Shown: positions 1 to 9,667, counted from the first letter of the stretch. The stretch is 64,000 nucleotides of DNA from an uncultured Acidimicrobiales bacterium (GCA_963842395.1 CAWJGJ010000001.1:1834889-1898888); one strand, 5' to 3'. The notes: generated by a model not told the origin, from the letters alone. Numbers and translations: made by a program.

Positions 1-58
1 CACGACCCACCCCGAGAGCCCGACCGGCATCCGTCCCCGTCCCCCAGTCGACGCCGGG

Positions 59-1411
59 ATGGCCACGTTCCGGCGCCTGCTGGCCAACACCCTCGTCTCG
101 GGCGTCACCAGCTCGTTCCTGTGGTTCGCACTCACGTTCTGGGTCTACCTCGAGACCCGCTCCGTCGTGGCCACCGCGGTGGTCGGCGCCGCGTTCGCCC
201 TGTCCTCGGCCCTGTTCGGCCCCGTCTACGGCACCTATGTCGACGCTCACCGGAAGAAGGACGCCATGGTCCTGTCGACCGGCGTGTCGGCGGTGTGCTT
301 CACCGCCGCGACGGTCCTGTTCCTGGTGGCCGATGCCGGCGCGCTGCTGGACCTCACCAGCCCCTGGTTCTGGGCGCTGGTCGCCGTGACCCTGCTCGGC
401 TCTGTCGCCGGCCAGATGCGGGGCATCGCGCTCTCGACGACGGTCACCCTGCTGGTGCCCGAATCCCAGCGCGATCGTGCCAACGGCATGGTCGGCACCG
501 TCACCGGCATCTCCTTCGCCGTCACCTCGGTGTTCAGCGGCCTGGTCATCGGCCAGCTCGGCATGGGCTGGGCGCTGTACGGCGCGCTCGCCCTCACCGT
601 CGTCGCCCTCATCCACCTCGTCGGGATCGACGTGCCCGAGCCGGCCCCCACCGCCGGCGACGACGGTGCCCGGCCCCGCGTGGACATCCGGGGCGCGCTC
701 GAGGCGATCAGGGCCGTGCCGGGCCTGTGGATGCTGATCGGGCTGGCCGCGTTCAACAACCTGCTCGCCGGCGTGTTCATGTCGCTCACCGACGCCTACG
801 GCCTGTCGCTGGTGTCGGTGGAGACGTGGGGCTTCCTCTTCGGCTTCATCAGCCTGGCGTTCATCGCCGGCGGGCTGGTGGTCGCCAAGGTCGGGCTCGG
901 CTCCCGCCCGCTGCGGGTCATCCTCGTCGGCAACCTCGTGAACTGGACGGCGTGCGTCCTGTTCCCGGTGTGGCACTCGATCGTCCCGCTGGTGATCGGC
1001 ATGATCGTGTGGCTGGCGCTGATCCCCGCCATCGAGGCCGCCGAGCAGACCGTCCTGCAGCGGGCGATCCCCTTCGAGCGCCAGGGCCGGGTGTTCGGGT
1101 TCGCCCAGCTGGTCGAGAACGCGGCCGCTCCCGTCACCGCGCTGGCCATGGGTCCGCTGGCCGAGACGGTGTTCATGCCGTCGGCGACGGACGGCTGGAT
1201 CGCCGACACCATCGGCGGCTGGTGGGGGGTCGGCCCGGCACGGGGCCTGGCCGTGATGTTCGCCCTCGCCGGTCTCGTCGGCGTCGCCGTCACCGCCGTG
1301 GCCCGGATCTCGGCCGCCTACCGCCGGCTCGACGCCGACACGAGCACCGACGCCCCGTGCGGCGACCCGGCCGGCGACGCCGTGGTCGTGTGCGAGGCCC
1401 TCGCCGCCTGA
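59..1411 (+). CDS. MFS transporter
   Basis: 450-aa ORF, hydrophobic throughout with about 12 TM-like stretches. N-terminus LLANTLVSGVTSSFLWFALTFWVY resembles EntS/macrolide-efflux type MFS. GC3-rich codons. Confidence 0.8.
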   Translation: MATFRRLLANTLVSGVTSSFLWFALTFWVYLETRSVVATAVVGAAFALSSALFGPVYGTYVDAHRKKDAMVLSTGVSAVCFTAATVLFLVADAGALLDLTSPWFWALVAVTLLGSVAGQMRGIALSTTVTLLVPESQRDRANGMVGTVTGISFAVTSVFSGLVIGQLGMGWALYGALALTVVALIHLVGIDVPEPAPTAGDDGARPRVDIRGALEAIRAVPGLWMLIGLAAFNNLLAGVFMSLTDAYGLSLVSVETWGFLFGFISLAFIAGGLVVAKVGLGSRPLRVILVGNLVNWTACVLFPVWHSIVPLVIGMIVWLALIPAIEAAEQTVLQRAIPFERQGRVFGFAQLVENAAAPVTALAMGPLAETVFMPSATDGWIADTIGGWWGVGPARGLAVMFALAGLVGVAVTAVARISAAYRRLDADTSTDAPCGDPAGDAVVVCEALAA

Positions 1412-1476
1412 TCGACGCGTCGCCGGGGCACTTATGATGCGCCGGCCCGGCGACCGCTGAGCCGACCCGAGGAGGC

Positions 1477-2541
1477 GTGTTGATCCCGACCGAGCCCATC
1501 GGCAGCATCCCCCGACCCCAGGAACTGATCGACGGCATGGCGGCGCTCGGCCGAGGCGACATCCAGCCCGACCGGCTCCACGACCTCCAGGACCGTGCGC
1601 TCCGCGACACGATCGAGCGGTTCGAGGCCACGGGCTCACCCGTGATCTCGGACGGGGAGCAGACCAAGTCGAGCTTCGCGACCTATCCGCTCGAGGGCCT
1701 GGGGAACCTGGCGCCGGACGGCGCTGTGATCCCGTTCGCCGACGGTCACACCCGGCAGCTGCCGCGGCTCACGTCGGGACCGTTCCGGTTCGGCCGGCAC
1801 GCGGACGGCTACCTCGAGGCCGCACAGCGCTACGCGCACGTGCCGGTCAAGCAGGCCGTGATCGCCGCCTCCGCGCTGAGCCTGATCTACCCCCACGACG
1901 GTGTGGAGGGCTACGGGCGCGACGCGTTCCTGGACGACCTCGTGGATGCCTGCGAGCAGGACATCCGGCGCTCACTCGACCGGGGTGCCCACCGGGTGCA
2001 GATCGACTTCACCGAGGGTCGCCTGTCGATCAAGCTCGATCCCTCGGGCGGCCTGCTCCGGGACTTCGTGGCGCTCAACAACCGCGTCCTCGAACGCTTC
2101 TCCGACGACGAGCGTGCCCGGATCGGCGTGCACACCTGTCCCGGCGGCGACCAGGACTCCACCCACAGCGCAGATGTCGACTACGCCGAGTTGCTTCCCG
2201 AGCTGTTCGCGATGAACGTCGGCAACGTCTACGTGATGCTCGCCGGCGAGAAGGACCCCGCGGCGACGCTCGAGCTGATCGCCGAGCACCTGCGCCCCGA
2301 ACAGCGGGTCTTCGTGGGGGTGATCGATCCGATCGACCCACGCGTCGAGTCCGCCGAGGAGGTCCGCGACCGCGTCCTCGAGGCCGCCGGCGTCCTACCC
2401 CGCGACCGGTTCGGCACGACCGATGACTGCGGGTTCTCACCGTTCGCCGACGACACCTCGACATCCCGGGACGTGGCCTTCGCCAAGATCAGCGCGCGGA
2501 TCGACGGGACCCGACTCGCCTCCGAGCAGCTCGGCCTCTGA
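1477..2541 (+). CDS. cobalamin-independent methionine synthase (MetE C-terminal domain) family protein
   Basis: 354 aa. GTG/TTG start directly after GGAGG. Motifs GVHTCPGG and TDDCGFSPF match the Zn-ligand regions of the Meth_synt_2 fold. Confidence 0.75.
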   Translation: MLIPTEPIGSIPRPQELIDGMAALGRGDIQPDRLHDLQDRALRDTIERFEATGSPVISDGEQTKSSFATYPLEGLGNLAPDGAVIPFADGHTRQLPRLTSGPFRFGRHADGYLEAAQRYAHVPVKQAVIAASALSLIYPHDGVEGYGRDAFLDDLVDACEQDIRRSLDRGAHRVQIDFTEGRLSIKLDPSGGLLRDFVALNNRVLERFSDDERARIGVHTCPGGDQDSTHSADVDYAELLPELFAMNVGNVYVMLAGEKDPAATLELIAEHLRPEQRVFVGVIDPIDPRVESAEEVRDRVLEAAGVLPRDRFGTTDDCGFSPFADDTSTSRDVAFAKISARIDGTRLASEQLGL

Positions 2542-2584
2542 CCCGGACGCGGCCCGCGTTCGGGCGACCGGCCATACTGAACCG

Positions 2585-5500
2585 GTGACGGCGCCACGGG
2601 CCCTGCGGCTCGGCGGGACGGACTACCCGGTGCTGCTGCCGAGCCTGCGCGATCCACGCCTGCACCTCGCAGGCGTGATCATCTCGCTGCAGATCCTGGG
2701 GCAGGTCGCCTTCGACTTCCAGCTCTCGATCGCGCAGATCCTGATCTCGATCCTCACGTGCGCCGTGCTCGAGGTCGCGATCACCTTCAGGCGGCAGGGC
2801 GTGATCATGTGGCCCGCGAGCGCGATGCTGACCGGCAACGGCGTCGCGTTCATCCTCCGGGTCCCCGGCACCGAGCACGGCGACTGGTGGAGCCTGCGCG
2901 GGTGGTGGATCTTCGCCGGGACCGCGGCGGTCTCGCTGCTGTCCAAGTACCTGATCCGCTTCCGCGGCCGGCACGTCTTCAACCCGTCCAACTTCGGGCT
3001 CGTCGCATGCTTCCTGCTGCTCGGGCCCGCGCGGGCCGAGCCCCTCGACTTCTGGTGGGGGCCGATGTCGGTCTGGCTGGCACTGGCGCTGACCCTGATC
3101 GTCGCCGGCGGCTTCGCGATCCTCCGCCGGCTCCGCCTGGTGAGCGTCGCGCTCGGCTTCTGGCTCGTGTTCGCGGCCGGCATCGCGGTGCTCGCCACGA
3201 CCGAGCACGCGATGACCGCGCGCTGGCACCTCGGTCCGATCACGGGGGCGGAGCTGTGGCGGATCCTCGTGTTCTCCCCCGAGATCCTCGTCTTCCTGTT
3301 CTTCATGATCACGGACCCGAAGACGGTGCCCGCGTCCCGGCCCGCCCGGCGGGCCTTCGGCGCCGCGATCGGCCTGCTGTCAGTGCTCCTCATCGCCCCC
3401 CGGACCAGCGAGTTCGCGACGAAGGTGTCGGTCCTGGCGGCGCTCGCCCTGGTCTGCGCGGCGCGACCCCTCGTCGAGCTGGCGGCGTCGGCCGACCGGA
3501 CCCGCCCCGCCGTCGACCGCACGCGCCTCCGGCTCCGCTCGGCCGGTCGTGCGGCGGTGGGCGCGGTGACGGCCGGCGCCGTGGTCGCCGCGACCAGCCT
3601 CGTGTTCGTCGCCGGGACCGCCGCGCAGCCGAGCCTGGGCCCGGGCGGCACGGACACCCTGTCGAGCGGGGACCTGCCCCAGGTCCAGATACTGGCGTCC
3701 CACGGGGTCGCCACGCAGCTCGACCGCGGCGCTGCCGAGCAGATCGTGCTGGCGACCCTCGCGTGGGTCGGCGTCCCCGCCGGCGAGGTCGACCGCGCCG
3801 ACGTGACCCTCGAGCCGGGCGCGGGACAGGGCCCACCGATCGCCGTGGCCATGCTGTCCGGGTCGCAACCGCTGCGCTTCGAGCGCACGTTCGAGCTCTC
3901 GCTCCAGGACGGTGGGTTCACCGTGCTGCGCGAGCGGGACGCGCCGACCCGGCCGCCGTCGCCCGCCGGCGAGCCACCGGCCCGGTTGGACCCGACGGGC
4001 TTCGTGGCGCCCCAGCTGCACGATGTCGCCGACGAGGTGGGCCTGCGGTTCCGGCACGAGGCGTTCCGCTTCTCCGCCGGCTCGGACCCACCGGCGATGA
4101 TGGGCGGCGGGCTGTGCTGGCTCGACTACGACGCCGACGGGTGGCTCGACCTGTTCGCGGTCAACTCCTACGCCGAGCAGGACGTCGCCAGTTGGCGGGA
4201 GGCGGGCGACCTCCCGCGCAGCGCCCTCTTCCGCAACGACGGCGGGACGTTCACCGACGTCAGTCGCGGCTCGGGGGCGAACCTCGCGCTGCGCGGCAAC
4301 GGCTGCGTGGCGGCCGACGTCGACCTCGACGGCCGCACCGACCTCTACGTCACGTCGACCACCTACGACGCGCTGCTGTGGAACCGGGGGGACGGGACCT
4401 TCAGCGAGATCGCGCGGCCGGCGGGCATCGCCGCATACGGCTGGCACGCAGGCGCTGCCGTGGGCGACGTGAACGGTGACGGGCTCCCGGACATCTTCGT
4501 GGCCGGCTACACCGACCCGAACGCGCCGATCGCCGGCTCGTTCGACGGTTACCCCACGAACCACCGGGGCGTCCGCGACCTCCTCTACCTGAACCTGGGG
4601 ACCGACCCGAGCGGCCGGCCGCGGTTCCGCGAGGTGGGCGCGCTCGCCGGCGTCGACCCGGGCGACCCCGAGCACGGTCTCGGCGCGGTGATGGCCGACC
4701 TCGACGGCGACGGCCGCCTCGACGTGTACGTGGCGAACGACGAGGACCCGAACCGCCTGTACCGGAACGCGCCCTGGCCGGGAGGCGCCGCCGCGGATCC
4801 GGCGGGCCTCGGCTTCCGCCTGCGAGAGGTGGCGGGGCGCGCCGGCGTCGCCGACGCCCACGCCGGGATGGGGATCGCCGCCGCCGACTACGACGGCAAC
4901 GGACTGACCGACCTGTTCGTCTCCAACTCCCGGGGCCAGGGACACGCGGTGTACCGAGGGATGCCAGCGGGCCCCGGCTCCGGAGGCATCGGGTACGTGG
5001 ACGCCAGCGACGACTTCGTGGACACGCCGGCACGCACCGGCTGGGGCGGTTCCTGGGTGGACCTGGATCTGGACACCGACCTCGACCTCGTCCTGACGAA
5101 CGGCGACATCCCGGTCACGAGCCTGGTCGACGACGCGGAGCCGATCCAGGTCCTGGAGAACCGGTCGACCGGCGCGGCACTGCGGTTCACGGACCTGGGG
5201 CTCCGGGCCCGCGGGGAGGGCCGTCTGCGGACGAACGGCCGCGGCCTCGCGGCGGCCGACTACGACAACGACGGCGACCTGGACGTCGCGATCAACTCGA
5301 TCGGCGGGCCGCTGATCCTGCTCGAGAACACCACCCGCGGTGGGAACTGGCTGGCCGTCCAGCTGCCGGGGTTCCGGCCGGGGACGCGCGTCACCGCGGA
5401 GCTCCCGGACGGGACCATGCTGGTCCGACAGGCGCAGGCAGGTGGGAGCTACCTGTCGTCCGAGGACCCCCGCGTGCTGTTCGGCCTCGGGGACGCGGCG

Positions 5501-5602
5501 CGTGTGCCCGCCGTCGTGATCGAGTACCCGGACGGCACGGAGACCCGCCTCGAGGACGTCGCGGCAAACCAGTTGGTCGAGGCGCCCCGCCCCGCCGGCT
5601 AG
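2585..5602 (+). CDS. fusion protein: RnfD/NqrB-like polytopic membrane domain + FG-GAP/VCBS (CRTAC1, ASPIC/UnbV-type) domain
   Basis: One uninterrupted ORF. The tracked ORF starts at 2423 but overlaps the upstream gene; GTG at 2585 is the first start after its stop. N-terminal half has TM helices with FNPSNFGL and FFMITDPKT motifs. C-terminal half has repeated DxDxDG FG-GAP motifs (DYDADGWLD, DVDLDGRTD, DVNGDGLPD, DLDGDGRLD, DYDGNGLTD, DYDNDGDLD) and a UnbV_ASPIC-like tail (GGSYLSSEDPRVLFGLG). Confidence 0.7.
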   Translation: MTAPRALRLGGTDYPVLLPSLRDPRLHLAGVIISLQILGQVAFDFQLSIAQILISILTCAVLEVAITFRRQGVIMWPASAMLTGNGVAFILRVPGTEHGDWWSLRGWWIFAGTAAVSLLSKYLIRFRGRHVFNPSNFGLVACFLLLGPARAEPLDFWWGPMSVWLALALTLIVAGGFAILRRLRLVSVALGFWLVFAAGIAVLATTEHAMTARWHLGPITGAELWRILVFSPEILVFLFFMITDPKTVPASRPARRAFGAAIGLLSVLLIAPRTSEFATKVSVLAALALVCAARPLVELAASADRTRPAVDRTRLRLRSAGRAAVGAVTAGAVVAATSLVFVAGTAAQPSLGPGGTDTLSSGDLPQVQILASHGVATQLDRGAAEQIVLATLAWVGVPAGEVDRADVTLEPGAGQGPPIAVAMLSGSQPLRFERTFELSLQDGGFTVLRERDAPTRPPSPAGEPPARLDPTGFVAPQLHDVADEVGLRFRHEAFRFSAGSDPPAMMGGGLCWLDYDADGWLDLFAVNSYAEQDVASWREAGDLPRSALFRNDGGTFTDVSRGSGANLALRGNGCVAADVDLDGRTDLYVTSTTYDALLWNRGDGTFSEIARPAGIAAYGWHAGAAVGDVNGDGLPDIFVAGYTDPNAPIAGSFDGYPTNHRGVRDLLYLNLGTDPSGRPRFREVGALAGVDPGDPEHGLGAVMADLDGDGRLDVYVANDEDPNRLYRNAPWPGGAAADPAGLGFRLREVAGRAGVADAHAGMGIAAADYDGNGLTDLFVSNSRGQGHAVYRGMPAGPGSGGIGYVDASDDFVDTPARTGWGGSWVDLDLDTDLDLVLTNGDIPVTSLVDDAEPIQVLENRSTGAALRFTDLGLRARGEGRLRTNGRGLAAADYDNDGDLDVAINSIGGPLILLENTTRGGNWLAVQLPGFRPGTRVTAELPDGTMLVRQAQAGGSYLSSEDPRVLFGLGDAARVPAVVIEYPDGTETRLEDVAANQLVEAPRPAG

Positions 5603-5610
5603 CTGCGAGT

Positions 5611-5805
5611 TCAGCCTCCCGGAACCATGAGGCCCACGGCGGCGACGACCAACAGCAGAGCACCGGCCGCGATCGGGTAGCGGGCGAGGCGCCTCGGCGG
5701 GACCTGGGTGGGCATCCGCTCGTCCATGCCGCCCCACGCCATGAGGATCATCACCAGGCCCGCCGCGACCAGGACGCCCCCGACGACGCCAACGACCTCG
5801 TACAT
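5611..5805 (-). CDS. small two-TM membrane protein (hypothetical)
   Basis: 64-aa sub-ORF starting at ATG 5805 (MYEVVGVVGGVLVAAGLVMILMAWGG...). Two hydrophobic helices and strongly GC3-biased codons. No recognisable family. Confidence 0.45.
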   Translation of the reverse strand: MYEVVGVVGGVLVAAGLVMILMAWGGMDERMPTQVPPRRLARYPIAAGALLLVVAAVGLMVPGG

Positions 5806-5835
5806 GCCATCCACGAGGATCACTCTCGCGCGGCA

Positions 5836-5866
5836 CGAGCCCACGCCCGACCGGCAGCCGGGCGTG
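5836..5866. other. 11-bp perfect inverted repeat in a divergent intergenic region
   Basis: GCCCACGCCCG (5836-5846) / CGGGCGTGGGC (5856-5866), 9-nt loop. Function unknown. Confidence 0.4.
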
Positions 5867-5921
5867 GGCCCTCCAGATCTGCTGGCGTGGGGTACAAGCC
5901 GCGCAGGATTTCTCGTCGCTG

Positions 5922-5948
5922 GTGTCGATTCGGGATGGTGCGGCGCGT
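5922..5948 (+). promoter_or_regulatory. ECF-type promoter candidate TGTCGA-N17-CGTC upstream of the DGPF/ECF42 module
   Basis: TGTCGA (5922-5927), a 17-nt spacer, then CGTC (5945-5948), about 50 nt upstream of GTG 5997. It resembles the -35/-10 pattern I recall for ECF41/42-type sigma factors. Confidence 0.4.
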
Positions 5949-5996
5949 CATGGTGGTGCCGGTGGTGGTCGCCGGCCGTGACGTAGAGGAGTTGCT

Positions 5997-6350
5997 GTGA
6001 AGTACTTCGTTCTGCTTGCCGGCTTCGGTGAGCTGCCCGGGTGGGAGGAGCTGACGGCGGAGGAGCAGGAGGCGCAGATGGCCGAGCTCGGCGCCTTCGA
6101 TGAGGCATGCGCGGCCCGGCCGGGCGTGGAGATCCTGAGTGCGGAGGCGTTGGCGGATGGCTCGATGGCCACGACGCTGCGCACGCGGGGCGGCGAGATG
6201 ACCATCACCGACGGCCCGTTCGCCGAGGCGGCCGAGCAGATCGGTGGCTACTACCTTCTCGATGCGCCCGACCTCGACACCGTGATCGAGCTCTGCAGGG
6301 TCCTGCCCGCCTATGACATCGACATCCGACCGGTCCCCGACATGTCCTGA
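5997..6350 (+). CDS. YciI/DGPF-domain protein
   Basis: 117 aa, GTG start after GAGGAG. Contains the DGPF motif (TITDGPFAEAAEQIGGYYLLD), the hallmark of YCII-related proteins. Confidence 0.8.
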   Translation: MKYFVLLAGFGELPGWEELTAEEQEAQMAELGAFDEACAARPGVEILSAEALADGSMATTLRTRGGEMTITDGPFAEAAEQIGGYYLLDAPDLDTVIELCRVLPAYDIDIRPVPDMS

Positions 6351-7575
6351 CCGAGTCATCGAGCAGGTCTTCCGGGCCCACTGGGGCCGGCTGTTGTCGC
6401 TGCTGGTGTCGCGGACCCGTCGCCTCGACCTGGCCGAGGACGCCCTGGGCGAGGCCTTCGCCCGGGCGTCGGACCGCTGGCCCCGCGAGGGCGTGCCGGC
6501 CAATCCGGCCGGCTGGCTGTACGCCACCGCCTACCGCCACGTCGTCGGCCGACTGAGGGCCGAGGCCATCGCGGGCCGCAAGGCGGCGCTGCTCGCGGTC
6601 AGGCCCGGATGGGTGCCACCACCGGGAGATGCACAGGACGCGCTGGCCGACGATCGACTGCAGCTCATCCTGTTGTGCTGCCACCCGGCACTCCCGAGCG
6701 AATCGCGCTCCGCGCTGGCGCTCCGCCTCGTCATCGGGACACCGACCGATCAGATCGCCCGCCTGTTCCTCGTGCCGTCGTCGACGATGGCGGCACGTCT
6801 GACGCGGGCGAAGAAGAAGATCGTGCTCGCGGGCATCCCGATCGGCGCCCCGCTCGCCGACGAGCTCAGATCGCGCCTCGACGAGGTCTGTCGAACGATC
6901 TACCTCGCCTTCACCGCCGGGTACACCCCCGGCGCCGGGCCCGACCTGTTGCGTGCCGACCTGGCGGGAGACGCCGTGCGGCTCGCCGCCGTCCTCCACG
7001 ACCTCGTGCCCGACGCCACCCAGGTCCAGGCGATGCTCGCGCTCCTGGTGCTCCAACACTCGCGCCGCGCCGCCCGCCAGCGGCAGGGCCGCCTGGTGAC
7101 CCTCGCCGACCAGGACCGCTCGCTGTGGCATCACGACGAGATACGGGCCGGGCTCGGGCTCGCCGCCAGGCTCCGGCCCGAGGAGGGATTCGCCGACGAG
7201 CTCCGACTCCAGGCCCTCATCGCTGCCGAGCACGCGCGGGCGCCCACCGCCGGAGCGACGGACTGGACCGCGATCGCTGGCCACTACGCCCACCTCGAAG
7301 CACGAACCGGCTCCGCGATCGTCCGACTCAACCGCGCGGTCGCGATCGCCGAGGTCCAGGGTCCCCTGGCCGGCCTGGCCCTCATCGCGGGACTCGACGC
7401 GGTCCTGCCCGACAACCACCGCGTCCCCGCCGTCCGCGCCGACCTCGCACGCCGTGCCGGCGACACCGAGCTCGCCCGGACCTCCTACCGCACGGCGATC
7501 GGCCTGTGCGCCAACGACGTCGAACGGACCCATCTGAGAGCCCAGCTCGACGCGATCCACGCCGCCGACCCGTGA
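6313..7575 (+). CDS. ECF42-type RNA polymerase sigma factor with long C-terminal (TPR-like) extension
   Basis: 420 aa. Sigma-2-like N-terminus (LGEAFARA...PANPAGWLYATAYRHVVGRLR), a region 4, then about 230 aa of helical extension. Overlaps the DGPF gene by 38 nt. The start codon is uncertain. Confidence 0.8.
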   Translation: MTSTSDRSPTCPDRVIEQVFRAHWGRLLSLLVSRTRRLDLAEDALGEAFARASDRWPREGVPANPAGWLYATAYRHVVGRLRAEAIAGRKAALLAVRPGWVPPPGDAQDALADDRLQLILLCCHPALPSESRSALALRLVIGTPTDQIARLFLVPSSTMAARLTRAKKKIVLAGIPIGAPLADELRSRLDEVCRTIYLAFTAGYTPGAGPDLLRADLAGDAVRLAAVLHDLVPDATQVQAMLALLVLQHSRRAARQRQGRLVTLADQDRSLWHHDEIRAGLGLAARLRPEEGFADELRLQALIAAEHARAPTAGATDWTAIAGHYAHLEARTGSAIVRLNRAVAIAEVQGPLAGLALIAGLDAVLPDNHRVPAVRADLARRAGDTELARTSYRTAIGLCANDVERTHLRAQLDAIHAADP

Positions 7576-7596
7576 CCGACAGGAGCGCCGGGCCCG

Positions 7597-8130
7597 TCAG
7601 CTTCCGGGCGACGCTTCCAGGACCATCACGTGGATCCGCCGGTGATCGAGCCGGCGGGCATATGCCTGGTAGCCGGCGTAGATCTGGCACCCTCGCGTCC
7701 ACACGGCTTCGCGCTCGTCGCCCTCCGCCTCCCGCGCCACGACGGGCGCGGTCCGACCCCGATAGCTGACCTCTGCCCGGGGCTCGGCCCGCAGGTTGAA
7801 GTACCAGGCGGGCGTTCGGGCCTGGCCGAACCGCGTGCCGATGACCGCGATCTGGTCGCCGGACGGCACGCCGACCAACGGCACCTCCCGCCGCTGCCCA
7901 CTGCGCGCGCCGGTCGTTGCCAGGGTCAGCACAGGGAGGCCGGCGAGTACTCCCGGCACCGTCACACGCTGTCGGCTGAGCCGGAGCACCAACCGGTCGA
8001 TGTGATGGAGGGTCTTGGCGAAGCACCACGCGCCCGGCCGCGACGAGGACACCTTCCAGATGAGCCTCTGGAAGCGGTTGGCCTCGGACACCTGGTAGCC
8101 GATCTGATCGATCAATCCCACGACGACCAT
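7597..8130 (-). CDS. deazaflavin (F420)-dependent nitroreductase family (Ddn-like) oxidoreductase
   Basis: 177 aa. Motif block TTGARSGQRREVPLVGV...GQARTPAWYFNLRAEP is typical of the F420H2-dependent Ddn/PPOX-like family. Confidence 0.75.
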   Translation of the reverse strand: MVVVGLIDQIGYQVSEANRFQRLIWKVSSSRPGAWCFAKTLHHIDRLVLRLSRQRVTVPGVLAGLPVLTLATTGARSGQRREVPLVGVPSGDQIAVIGTRFGQARTPAWYFNLRAEPRAEVSYRGRTAPVVAREAEGDEREAVWTRGCQIYAGYQAYARRLDHRRIHVMVLEASPGS

Positions 8131-8207
8131 TGTCGCGGGCGCGAGCTCCCCCTGTCGCAGATGCCCCGATCGAGAAGCTGTCGTGGCCGCAGTCCCGTCC
8201 CCGACTC

Positions 8208-9338
8208 TCAGCTACCGACGGCCCGAGCGAGAAGTGCCCGGCGATTGCGCGTTCCGGTCTTCAGGAAGATCGACTTGAGGTGGTCCTGGACCGTGTTCTC
8301 CGAGAGGTACATCCGCTGCGCGATCTGGCGGGTGTCGGCGCCGGTCGAGAGGTGCGTCAGCAGCTCCGCCTCTCGGCGACTGAGCCCACACGCCCTGACG
8401 AAGAGCGACGTCCGCGCGGTCGGCGAGGTCGGTTCGATCGTCACCGCGACGTCCTGACCAACGTCCGACGCGACACCGCCGATGCGGGCGGCCCGCAGAG
8501 TCAGCCATGTCCCGCCGCCCATGTGGACGCGGGCGGAGGGTGGGTGGTCGTCGATGCCCGACTCCACCGCCAGGAGCTGCGCCGCCACGTTGTAGGCCCC
8601 GGCCGGGACGGGCGGCTGATCGAGCTCGGGTGGGACGAGTCGCCGGAGGTACCCCTCGGTCTCCGGGGTGTGGGACATGACCTGGAGCTGTGGTGAGAGG
8701 AGCAGGACGACCGGCCCCTCCCGGTCGAGATCGGTCCCGGCGCCGTCGAAGGTGCGGGCCTGGCACCGTCGCAGCGCCTCGGTGATCGCACCCGCGATCC
8801 GGGTCAGGACGTCCGCCTCCTGGTCGCTGAAGGTGGCTGCGGTGCCCATCCGCCATAGGTCGAGAAACCCCCAGCATCCGAACCGGTCGCGGAACACCAG
8901 CGACGCGACGTCGCCGACGTCGTAGTTGCGCTGCAGGTCCCGCCACACGAGGCTTCGTTCCCGGCGGCCACCGGTGGCCGCGCTGAGGAGGCCGAGGGGA
9001 CCGTCGAGCCCCGTCCAGCGGTTGATCCGCGTCAGGTACTTGAGGCGGACGAGACGTGGCAGCTCCGGCAGGCACGGCACTGCGGCGAGCGGCGCCACAC
9101 CCACCTCGGTCTCGGGGTCGGTGAGCAGCCATGCGTACGCGTCGAAGCCGACCACAGCCCGGACCTCGTCGAGCACCGCCAGCCGCAACGCGCGCTCCTC
9201 GTTGTGCGCACCGCAGGCTCGGATGACTCGCTCCGCCCCGGCACGCGCGGCAGGCGTGTTCACCCCACGGACGCTACGCCGCACCGAACGACCCACGGCA
9301 CCGACAAACCCAGGAACCTGGGATTGGCAGCGTCGCAC
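8208..9338 (-). CDS. LuxR-family transcriptional regulator with N-terminal GAF-like domain
   Basis: C-terminal HTH LSRREAELLTHLSTGADTRQIAQRMYLSENTVQDHLKSIF. The N-terminal part resembles a GAF sensor. The real start may be an internal GTG (for example 9263). Confidence 0.7.
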   Translation of the reverse strand: MRRCQSQVPGFVGAVGRSVRRSVRGVNTPAARAGAERVIRACGAHNEERALRLAVLDEVRAVVGFDAYAWLLTDPETEVGVAPLAAVPCLPELPRLVRLKYLTRINRWTGLDGPLGLLSAATGGRRERSLVWRDLQRNYDVGDVASLVFRDRFGCWGFLDLWRMGTAATFSDQEADVLTRIAGAITEALRRCQARTFDGAGTDLDREGPVVLLLSPQLQVMSHTPETEGYLRRLVPPELDQPPVPAGAYNVAAQLLAVESGIDDHPPSARVHMGGGTWLTLRAARIGGVASDVGQDVAVTIEPTSPTARTSLFVRACGLSRREAELLTHLSTGADTRQIAQRMYLSENTVQDHLKSIFLKTGTRNRRALLARAVGS

Positions 9339-9382
9339 GCCATCCGTAGCGTCCGACCGAAGGACCGCGACCGGGAGGAACC

Positions 9383-9667
9383 ATGCCCACCCTGCACATC
9401 GAGCACCCGATCACCGACTTCGAGACCTGGGTCGAAGCCTTCCGGCGGTTCGATGACATGCGCCGTCAGGCCGGCGTTCGTTCCCACCGGGTGCAGCGGC
9501 CCATCGACGACCTCTGCTACGTGCTCGTCGATCTGGAGTTCGACGACGTCGAGGCAGCCGAGTCGTTCCGCGACTTCCTGGAGACCCGGGTCTGGGCGAC
9601 CCCGGAGAGCTCCCCCGCGCTGAATGGCACACCCAGGACGCGGATCCTGACCGCCGCCGCGGTCTGA
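9383..9667 (+). CDS. small hypothetical protein (alpha/beta, unknown function)
   Basis: 94-aa ORF with ATG start and good codon bias, divergent from the LuxR gene. No motif I can name. Confidence 0.5.
   Translation: MPTLHIEHPITDFETWVEAFRRFDDMRRQAGVRSHRVQRPIDDLCYVLVDLEFDDVEAAESFRDFLETRVWATPESSPALNGTPRTRILTAAAV

Noticed and set aside
1412-1476. Possible SAM/B12 riboswitch upstream of the MetE-like gene
   Set aside because: The intergenic gap is only 65 nt and shows no riboswitch-like conserved core. It is too short for known cobalamin or SAM-I elements.
2585-3600. Interpreting the RnfD-like domain as part of an Rnf/Nqr respiratory complex
   Set aside because: No other Rnf/Nqr subunit genes (A, B, C, E, G) or ApbE flavin transferase are in the window, and the covalent-FMN S/TGAT motif is not apparent. 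I treat it as an orphan domain.
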